64,000 bases of DNA from an uncultured Acidobacteriota bacterium (GTDB lineage Bacteria; Acidobacteriota; Vicinamibacteria; Fen-336): the NCBI GenBank assembly GCA_963700695.1, contig CAVOYO010000012.1:100393-164392 (forward strand), written 5' to 3'. The position numbers and the translations under genes were made by a program. The notes below the pieces were generated by a model. That model had not been told where the DNA came from. It did no database searches and saw only the letters and a program-made list of their open reading frames with translations. Below are positions 57,309 through 64,000 of the stretch, piece by piece. Every line of letters starts with the position of its first letter. Within the stretch, counting starts at the first letter, position 1.

Positions 57309-57701
57309 GGCCGTTCTTGCGCTCTGAGGGAAGAACGGGCGCGGCGATCCGACGGTTCCGGGGATTGCTCTGAACAGAAACCCAGGAGAGCAGTGTCATC
57401 GCGGTCCAAGGGCGCGCAGGGGGCCCGCGCAGCGGGGCGTGGAGCCCCCCTCCTTCAACAGAATGTCGTTGTCGCGTGGGGGACGATTCGAGCGAGGGAG
57501 GGCGCTCCTTCCTCTCTCTAGAGAGCAACGCCCGAGCGAGCGGGCGGCCAGCGTGTCATTCAGAGCAGAGAACCGGCCCGTGCCGGTTGCCGGAGCAAAG
57601 GACACGTGTCACTCTGAGTGCGGCTGCGCGGGTCGTCGCACGAAGAGTCTCTTCGTCAGCCCAACGGAGAGATCCTTCGTCGCCCGTCCTTGCAGAGCTC
57701 C
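57309..57701. repeat. Intergenic repeat/palindrome cluster, same family as 40636..40879
   Basis: cgttcttgcgctctgagggaagaacg hairpin; ctctctagagag perfect palindrome; gtgtcattcagagcagag-aaccggcccgtgccggttgccggagcaaaggacacgtgtcactctgagt; cgaagagtctcttcg palindrome; cccaacggagagatccttcgtcgcc. Confidence 0.65.
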
Positions 57702-59354
57702 TCAGGATGACTCGAGGTCGGCGGTGAGGAGGAACTGCGGCGGCCGTCGGTGTCGCGTCGCCTGCTCGAAGGCGTACGTGAGGCCAATGAGCCGGGCCTC
57801 GGTCCAGGCCAGACCCATGAACGACAGCCCGACGGGCAGCCCGAAGACGAAGCCCATGGGAACGGTGATGTTCGGATAGCCGGACACCGCGGCCGGTGTC
57901 GAGCTGCCCCCCACGAAGTGGTCACCATTGACGAGGTCGGTCGTCCAGGCCGGTGCCCCCGTCGGTGCGATGAGAGCGTCGAGACGGTGTGTCCCGAAGA
58001 CGGCGTCGAGCCCGTCCGTTCGCGTCCGCCGACGGCAGGTCTCGAGGGCCTCCCGATACTCGGGCATGGTGAGCGGGCCCTTCTCCTGGGCCTTGAGGAA
58101 GATGTCCTGACCGAAGTAGGGCATCTCGCGGTCCCGGTGGGTCTCGTTGAAGGCGATGAGCTCGTCCAGCGTCTTCACCGGCGCCTGCGGTCCGAGGGAT
58201 GCGAGGTAGACGTTGAGGTCGGCCTTGAACTCGTAGAGCAGCACCTCGTAGCTCGGCAGCTCGTCGAGCTCGGGCAGGTCGGCCGGATCCACGATCTCGG
58301 CGCCCTGCCGCCCCAGCTCGGCGATGGCGTCCTCGAAGAGGGCGTCGACCGACGGGAGGAATCCGGCCATCTTGCGGGCCACGCCGATTCGGGCTCCCCT
58401 GAGTGCGCCGGGGTCGAGAGCGCTCGTGTAGTCCGAGGTGTGCCCCTTGGCGGCGGCGGTGGCTTCATCACGCGGGTCGAACCCGGCGAGCCCGCTGAGC
58501 AGGGCGGCCGCGTCGGCGACGGTTCGGGTCATCGGGCCGGCCGTGTCCTGGGAGTGGGAGATGGGGATGATGCCGGCGCGGCTCACCAGCCCGACGGTGG
58601 GCTTGATTCCGACGATGCCGTTCGCGGTGGAGGGACACACGATGGACCCGTTCGTCTCGGTGCCGATGGCGAGCGCGGTCAGGTTGCCGCTGACCGCGAC
58701 ACCGGAACCGGAGCTCGAGCCGCAGGGGTTGCGGTCGAGGGCGTAGGGGTTGCGACACCCGCCGCCCCGACCGCTCCAGCCCGAGGTCGAGTGCTCCGAG
58801 CGGAAGTTCGCCCACTCGGAGAGGTTGGCCTTGCCGAGGATCACCGCCCCCGCCGCGCGGAGCTGCCGGGCAACGCCCGAGTCCTGCTTCGGGATGGAGC
58901 CCTCGAGGGCGAGCGACCCCGCCGTCGTCGTCAGCCGGTCGGCGGTGTCGATGTTGTCCTTCAAGAGGACGGGGATCCCGTGGAGCGGTCCGCGGGCGCC
59001 CTTCGCCTTCCGCTCCCCGTCCAGCGCCTCGGCGATCGCCAGGGCCTCCGGGTTCGTCTCGATGACGCTTCGGAGCATCGGACCCTTCCGGTCGAGGGCG
59101 TCGATGCGGCCGAAATACGCCTCGGTCAGCCGTCGGGAGGTGAGCTCGCCGGCGGCCATCTTCTCCTGAAGCTCGACTACGGTTGCTTCATCGAGCTCGA
59201 ACGCGGGGACCTTGAAGCCCTTCTCCGAGCCGCTCGAGGCTCGAGGTTCGCGGTCGGGGCGGCAGGCTCCGGTGACCGCGGCGGTCCCGGTCAGCGCCCC
59301 GAGACCGAGGAAACCCCGACGACCGATGCCGTGACCCTTTGAACGATCTTTCAC
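57702..59354 (-). CDS. Amidase-signature family amidase with Tat signal
   Basis: RRGFLGLGALTG Tat motif; GGSSSGSGVAV Ser-cisSer-Lys amidase signature. Confidence 0.85.
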   Translation of the reverse strand: MKDRSKGHGIGRRGFLGLGALTGTAAVTGACRPDREPRASSGSEKGFKVPAFELDEATVVELQEKMAAGELTSRRLTEAYFGRIDALDRKGPMLRSVIETNPEALAIAEALDGERKAKGARGPLHGIPVLLKDNIDTADRLTTTAGSLALEGSIPKQDSGVARQLRAAGAVILGKANLSEWANFRSEHSTSGWSGRGGGCRNPYALDRNPCGSSSGSGVAVSGNLTALAIGTETNGSIVCPSTANGIVGIKPTVGLVSRAGIIPISHSQDTAGPMTRTVADAAALLSGLAGFDPRDEATAAAKGHTSDYTSALDPGALRGARIGVARKMAGFLPSVDALFEDAIAELGRQGAEIVDPADLPELDELPSYEVLLYEFKADLNVYLASLGPQAPVKTLDELIAFNETHRDREMPYFGQDIFLKAQEKGPLTMPEYREALETCRRRTRTDGLDAVFGTHRLDALIAPTGAPAWTTDLVNGDHFVGGSSTPAAVSGYPNITVPMGFVFGLPVGLSFMGLAWTEARLIGLTYAFEQATRHRRPPQFLLTADLESS

Positions 59355-59373
59355 GTCCCCCTCCGCTCTCCCG

Positions 59374-59970
59374 CTACGCCGACGACCCCTCTATCACCGC
59401 GTCCTCTTCGTCCCGGGGCGTGCCTTCGCCCTCCCGCCGCGAGAGGAGTCGCCGGGAGTCCCAGTCGACGACCAGGAGCGTCCCCGTCGGCACGAACCGA
59501 TCCTCGCCCAGCTCTCGTGCGAGGAGTCGCACGACACCACCGTGGGTGAAGAGCGCGTGCCGTCCCGGGGGGAGACCGTCGACGAACGACATCACCCGGG
59601 CGTGCAGCGCGCCGAAGCTCTCACCACCGGGTGCGACGAAGCCCTCGAACCGCGTCAAGTCTTCCTGCACCCGTGGGTCCATCGTCATGTAATCCGCGCC
59701 CTCGAGCTCGCCGAAGTCCAGCTCGCGCAAACGCCGGTCCTGGCTCGGCTCGCCCCAGGCCAGCCGGGCGGTGGTCACAGCGCGGACGAGATCGGACGAC
59801 CAGACTCCGTCGAACGCCTCGCCGGTGAAGACGGGTCGCAGTGCGGCGGCCTGGGCCTCGCCACGCTCGGTGAGCGGGACGTCGGTCCAGCCAGCGAGGG
59901 TGCGCCCCCGGCTGGCGGGGGTTTCGCCGTGGCGGACGAGCCACAGCTCGCGATGGTGGTTCGCGGGCAT
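59374..59970 (-). CDS. Histidine phosphatase family protein (phosphoglycerate-mutase-like)
   Basis: LWLVRHGET catalytic RHG motif; 198 aa. Confidence 0.75.
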   Translation of the reverse strand: MPANHHRELWLVRHGETPASRGRTLAGWTDVPLTERGEAQAAALRPVFTGEAFDGVWSSDLVRAVTTARLAWGEPSQDRRLRELDFGELEGADYMTMDPRVQEDLTRFEGFVAPGGESFGALHARVMSFVDGLPPGRHALFTHGGVVRLLARELGEDRFVPTGTLLVVDWDSRRLLSRREGEGTPRDEEDAVIEGSSA

Positions 59971-60018
59971 GTGACCATTCCGGGGCGCCGTCCGACCGGC
60001 GCCCCCGGAACGAGAGGC

Positions 60019-60612
60019 CTACCGCTTTCCGCCGAAGAGGCTTCCGGCGATGCTGGCGATGTCGTCGATCGCGGAACCGTCTCCGTCGGTGTCGAGCATG
60101 CGGCCCAGCGACGACATCAGATCGGGAGCCTGCTGATCCATCTGGCGCGTGGCCCCGCCGAGAATGTCGGCTAGGCCGCCGCCGGCCGGCCCCTGGCGCT
60201 TGGCACGCCCGAGGGCCCCCATGACGAGCGGAGCGAGCATGGTCAGGAGCTGCAGGACCTGGCCGGCGTCGAGGCCGGTGGACTTGCCGAGCGAGGCCGC
60301 CACGTTGGTCTGCCGGCCGCCGAGCACGTGGCCCAGGATGCCGGCCCCGGCGGCTGCCGAGCCACCGCCACCCAGGAAACCACCGATGTCGTCCAGGACG
60401 CTCCCATCGTGGTCCCGGTCGAGGGCCCCCGCGAGAGAGTCGAGGCCGGCGGGGCTGGAGGCCTCACGCTGCAGCGCCCCGACCAGAAGCGGCACCGCGG
60501 CCTTGATCGCGGTGCCGGCCTCGGCCTCGCCGATGCCGAGCTGGCGCGAGACCTGCTGGACGTTGTTGCCCTCGAGGAGGGGTAGGAGGGCGTCAATCAC
60601 AGAAGCGGACAT
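60019..60612 (-). CDS. DUF937-family protein
   Basis: Repeated GGxGxILGxxLGG-type glycine motifs; ~200 aa. Confidence 0.5.
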   Translation of the reverse strand: MSASVIDALLPLLEGNNVQQVSRQLGIGEAEAGTAIKAAVPLLVGALQREASSPAGLDSLAGALDRDHDGSVLDDIGGFLGGGGSAAAGAGILGHVLGGRQTNVAASLGKSTGLDAGQVLQLLTMLAPLVMGALGRAKRQGPAGGGLADILGGATRQMDQQAPDLMSSLGRMLDTDGDGSAIDDIASIAGSLFGGKR

Positions 60613-60616
60613 GTCT

Positions 60617-60997
60617 TCAGCCCTTGTTCGGCAGCTTCAGCCGCTGGCCGGGGTGGATGAGGTCGGGGTTCTTCAGGATGTCCTTGTTCGCCTCGAAGAT
60701 CCTCATGTAGTCGCCCGCGTTGTCGTAGGCGCTCTTGGCGATCTTCGAGAGGCTGTCTCCGGGCTTGACGACGTGATAGCCGTACGGGTCGGTCTTGTCG
60801 ACCTTGATGTCGGCGACCAGGTCGCTGTCCCAGCCCGAGTAGCTCTTGATCTTGTCCCAGAGCAGGTCCTTCTCGTACTGGTACTCGGCCGTGCCCTTGA
60901 CGATCAGCTTGCCGTCCTTCTCGTAAACGTCGCCGTCCTTGACCTTCAGCTCCTCACCGAGCTTCAGCAGGTCGGCGTACTTGTCCTTCAGGCTCAT
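60617..60997 (-). CDS. LysM-domain protein
   Basis: AAGGAG SD; C-terminal HVVKPGDSLSKIAKSAY...IHPGQRLKLP = LysM. Confidence 0.65.
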   Translation of the reverse strand: MSLKDKYADLLKLGEELKVKDGDVYEKDGKLIVKGTAEYQYEKDLLWDKIKSYSGWDSDLVADIKVDKTDPYGYHVVKPGDSLSKIAKSAYDNAGDYMRIFEANKDILKNPDLIHPGQRLKLPNKG

Positions 60998-61238
60998 TCG
61001 GCGCTCCTTTCCTGGCGGATGTTGGGGTCCCTCTCCATCAGGGGGGGCGATCATGACCTCTCACCGCCAGCGAGTCAAGGATTCGGCGCCGCCCGGGTCG
61101 AGGCTCGATGCGCCCGCGCCCCTGAAGTCGAGGCCATCCAACGTGTTGAACTCCAACTTTGGAGAACCCGGCCTCCCCTTCGTGCGTAAGAGGGTGTGAG
61201 GAGGCCGGGCACCCGCCGGGCCACACGGAGGAAGAGCC

Positions 61239-61796
61239 ATGAAGAGGAGCTTTCTAGCCGGCGTCGGCCTGGTGGCACTGCTCGTCGTCCCCGCCGCCGC
61301 CCACGCCGAGACCGATGCCCCTTGGATCCACGTTCGGGTCGAGGAGCCGGAGAAGCAGACCAAGGTCGCGGTCAACCTGCCGCTGAGCGTCGTCGAGGTG
61401 GCCCTCGAGGCCGCGCCCGAGATGATCGAGTCCCACGGCAAGGTCAGGTTCGGCGAGAAGCACGGGATGAAGCTCGAGGACGTACGCAAGATCTGGGCCG
61501 AGCTGGCCGCCGTCGGCGACGCCGAGTTGGTGAGCGTCGAGGAGAAGGACCAGACGGTCAAGGTGTGGCGCAAGGCCGACCAGGTCCACGTGCGCGTCGA
61601 GAAGAAGGGCAAGGAGGAGGTGCGGGTCGAGGTGCCGGTGAGCCTCGTGGACGCGCTGCTCTCCGGCGAGGGCGACACCGTCAACATCAAGGCAGCGGTG
61701 GCCGAGCTGCAGAAGAAGCGCGGCGACATCGTGACCGTGAGCGAGCCCGACACCACCGTCCGCGTCTGGATCGACCAGCAGAACGCTCAGGAGTAG
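61239..61796 (+). CDS. Secreted hypothetical protein (paralog A)
   Basis: Signal peptide LVALLVVPAAAHA; repeated VRVEEPEKQ.KV / VRVEKKGKEEVRVEVP segments. Confidence 0.55.
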   Translation: MKRSFLAGVGLVALLVVPAAAHAETDAPWIHVRVEEPEKQTKVAVNLPLSVVEVALEAAPEMIESHGKVRFGEKHGMKLEDVRKIWAELAAVGDAELVSVEEKDQTVKVWRKADQVHVRVEKKGKEEVRVEVPVSLVDALLSGEGDTVNIKAAVAELQKKRGDIVTVSEPDTTVRVWIDQQNAQE

Positions 61797-61805
61797 GAGG
61801 ACGTC

Positions 61806-62327
61806 ATGGTCAAGCTGGCGGCGATCCTCGCCGTACCCTTTGCCCTCCTGGCCACCGTGGCCAGCCTCGGGGTGGTGGTCGTGGACGTGCAGGAAGGCGG
61901 GCCCGGCGGGCATCGGATCATGATCCCGGTCCCGCTGGTGTTCGCCCAGGCCGCCCTGGCCGCCGCCCCCGTCGTGGCCGAGGAGGAGCTTCGGATTCCC
62001 GACGAGGCGCTCGAGCACATCGGGATCGCACGCGAGATCCTCAAGGCCCTCGCCGCCGCTCCGGACGGCGTGCTGGTCCGCGTCGAGGAACCCGACGAGC
62101 AGGTGATCATCCGCAAGGAGGGCGACAACCTCGTCATCCGGGTGCACGGGAAGAACGGCGAGGAGGTGTCGGTCAACGCGCCCCTGCACCTCGCCCTGAG
62201 CGCGCTCCCGGACTCCGACGGGCGGATCTCCACCCTTGCCATGGCCGGCTCGCTCGGTGGCGTGCGCTTCACCGACCTCGTCGAGGTCCACGACGGGAAG
62301 GACCACGTGCGGATCTGGGTCTGGTAG
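61806..62327 (+). CDS. Secreted/membrane hypothetical protein (paralog B of 61239..61796)
   Basis: N-terminal hydrophobic segment; same module pattern (VRVEEPDEQVIIRKEGDNLVIRVHGKNGEEVSVNAPL). Confidence 0.55.
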   Translation: MVKLAAILAVPFALLATVASLGVVVVDVQEGGPGGHRIMIPVPLVFAQAALAAAPVVAEEELRIPDEALEHIGIAREILKALAAAPDGVLVRVEEPDEQVIIRKEGDNLVIRVHGKNGEEVSVNAPLHLALSALPDSDGRISTLAMAGSLGGVRFTDLVEVHDGKDHVRIWVW

Positions 62328-62349
62328 GACGGACCCGCCCGCGCTCTCT

Positions 62350-63549
62350 TCAGTCGTTCGGGGGGCGGCCGGCGGCTTCAGTGAAGTCGCGCCAGGCCGC
62401 CCCCGTTTCGTTGGCCAGCCGCTGTATGACCCCCCGGATGCGCCCCTGGTACCTCTCCACCGCCTTCAGCGTCGTCTTCTGCCGTGCCTTGTCGGGGCCG
62501 CCGTCGGGCCGCTTCGGGTGGGCGCGACCCAGCTGCACCCCGGCGTCGTAGGCGATCTCCTTCAGGTCCTTCTTCGAGCGAACCACGGTCGCAATCGAGG
62601 TCTCCTGGTAGTCGTCCGTCCAGTCGTGGACCCAGAGGTACTTGTCGCCGCGGGGGACGACGGCGCTGAAGCGGAAGGGCTCGTAGGCGATGAGCCGCTG
62701 CCCGTCGAGGACCCGTGACGCGCTCACGTCCGTCCGCAGGCACGGGTTGCCAGAGAGGTCGCGGATCTGCTTCGCCTCGACGATGAGGTCGTCGTCGTCG
62801 GCCTCGGTCCACCCCTCGAGGATGACGAGGTACTTCTCGTCGAGGGCGCTGCCCACGCCCATCGAGAGCGCGCCCACCCTCTTCACCCGGAAGAAGTGCG
62901 GGGGCAGGTCGTTGCGGCCGAAGCGGATGATCCCTGCAAACTGCCCGGCCGTCTCCGCGAAGCTCTCGGGAGGCAGGGGAGCGGCGTCGATGAAGGCGTG
63001 GGCCTGTTCGAGCGCGAGGGCGTGGTTCCGACTGAACCCGGCCCGGATCTCGGCGGCCAGCCCCGGCATCGGGCGGATCCGGTTCGGCTTCTTGAGGGCG
63101 TCGCGATAGCCGCGGAAGAAATCCTTCAACAACTGGCCTTCCTCATCGCTCCAGCCGCGCTCGCGGGCGGCGAGTATGAGCGAGGCCCCGAAGCGAACGA
63201 CGTCGATGATCGGCTTGCCCTGAGTGCAATCGTCGAAGTCGGTGAGGCCGTGGCCGAGGCTCGTCACCGCGTACTGCTCGAAATGGGCGTCGCCGTGCAG
63301 GTTCACGTCCGGGAACTCATCGACGACGTCGGCGAACGCGGCACAGGCCTCGGCCGCGAAGCCGGTGTTGACGAACCGGAAGTACCCGTGGGCGCTGCCC
63401 TGCAGCTTGGCCATGAGATCGGGGCGTCCGGCGAAGCGTGGATCGGCCGGGTCGACGGAGAGCCGGGAGGCGCCGCTCGCGGGAGCTCCCGCCAGGAGAA
63501 CGGCCATAACCGCTCCCGTCAATGACAGCGCTCGCCACATCCGGAGCAT
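62350..63549 (-). CDS. Exported hypothetical protein (possibly DUF2252-like)
   Basis: Signal peptide ALSLTGAVMAVLLAGAPASGA; 399 aa coherent sequence. Confidence 0.5.
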   Translation of the reverse strand: MLRMWRALSLTGAVMAVLLAGAPASGASRLSVDPADPRFAGRPDLMAKLQGSAHGYFRFVNTGFAAEACAAFADVVDEFPDVNLHGDAHFEQYAVTSLGHGLTDFDDCTQGKPIIDVVRFGASLILAARERGWSDEEGQLLKDFFRGYRDALKKPNRIRPMPGLAAEIRAGFSRNHALALEQAHAFIDAAPLPPESFAETAGQFAGIIRFGRNDLPPHFFRVKRVGALSMGVGSALDEKYLVILEGWTEADDDDLIVEAKQIRDLSGNPCLRTDVSASRVLDGQRLIAYEPFRFSAVVPRGDKYLWVHDWTDDYQETSIATVVRSKKDLKEIAYDAGVQLGRAHPKRPDGGPDKARQKTTLKAVERYQGRIRGVIQRLANETGAAWRDFTEAAGRPPND

Positions 63550-63635
63550 GGACTGGCGATGTTAGCAGCCTCCGGCCCGCTCCGCCGCCGGGCGGACCTG
63601 CTGCGGCGCACCCCCGCGATAGACTCCCGCCATTC

Positions 63636-64000
63636 ATGCGGAGAAAGGCCCCCCGGATCCGGCTCGACCCCTGGGCGGCGGAGTACGAAGGGGCAATCCA
63701 GATCGGCGACGAGGGGCAGGAGCCGGCCCGGGTCGACATCCGGGTCGAGGCGTCGGTCTGGGCGGCGGTGCGGCCGAGCGTCTCCCCGGCCCCCCCGGCC
63801 ATCGCCTTCGTGGACGGGGTCCGGCGCATCGAGCACCGTCTCCTCGTCGAGGACGGTCCCGGGACGGTCTTCGGCCTGCTCGGATCCTACGGGGTGGGCG
63901 CGACGGTGATCGAAGAGGCGGCCCGCGTGGCCCACGAGACGATCGGGCGGGTCGCGGTCACCGGTGCCGGGCTCCGTCTCGCCCCCTTCGAGGCCCCGAT
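63636..64000 (+). CDS. Hypothetical protein, 3'-partial (continues beyond window)
   Basis: ATG 63636 divergent from the previous gene; MRRKAPRIRLDPWAAEYEGAIQIGDEGQEPARVDIRVE... Antisense ORF 63519..63935 judged spurious. Confidence 0.35.
   Translation, partial: MRRKAPRIRLDPWAAEYEGAIQIGDEGQEPARVDIRVEASVWAAVRPSVSPAPPAIAFVDGVRRIEHRLLVEDGPGTVFGLLGSYGVGATVIEEAARVAHETIGRVAVTGAGLRLAPFEAP

Noticed and set aside
1-64000. rRNA, tRNA, CRISPR-cas, integrase/transposase genes
   Set aside because: No 16S/23S/5S-like segments, no tRNA-like cloverleaf with T-loop GTTCRA motifs noticed in intergenic regions, and no recombinase/transposase signatures among the recognised proteins. A full covariance-model scan (tRNAscan/Infernal) would be needed to be definitive.

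Overview
This is a high-GC (~70%) bacterial chromosomal segment, densely coded on both strands. Many long ORFs in the track are antisense artefacts of the GC bias, so calls rest on protein-family recognition rather than ORF length. Taxonomic flavour is Gemmatimonadota/Acidobacteriota-like: multiple TolB-like beta-propellers, Ser/Thr kinases and lipoproteins.

Genes recognised in the window:
- A frameshift-split M16 peptidase.
- A 5-gene Lol/MacB-like operon: LolA-like protein, two FtsX permeases, ABC ATPase and an outer-membrane beta-barrel.
- A methyltransferase divergent from a standalone KAS.
- pepD.
- A divergent pair of FKP-like fucokinase/GDP-fucose pyrophosphorylase (frameshifted) and a clear GDP-mannose 3,5-epimerase homolog.
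- A GDPD.
- A MepA-LysM endopeptidase.
- A coiled-coil + SPFH pair.
- LOG.
- A glutaredoxin-like ORF with an in-frame TGA exactly at the redox-Cys position (selenoprotein candidate, with a TATAAT that makes it leaderless).
- serC (frameshifted), rsgA, hemH.
- A thioester-reductase-like SDR.
- A tandem-PilZ protein.
- mlaEFD.
- A Ser/Thr kinase fused to a TolB-like propeller (frameshifted).
- msrB, a ZIP transporter and a dienelactone hydrolase.
- An AAA ATPase.
- A GGCT-like / degenerate AMP-binding / large radical-SAM operon.
- A HepT/MntA TA pair.
- A sigma-54 activator remnant.
- A DUF533-AIM24 pair.
- GT1, a second Ser/Thr kinase, an amidase, a histidine phosphatase, DUF937 and a LysM protein.
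- Two tandem paralogous secreted proteins.

Non-coding structure includes two families of palindromic REP/MITE-like repeats recurring in intergenic regions, and a strong hairpin between convergent genes.

No rRNA, tRNA or CRISPR-cas was recognised. Several essential-looking genes carry indels at homopolymer runs, which suggests draft-quality sequence.
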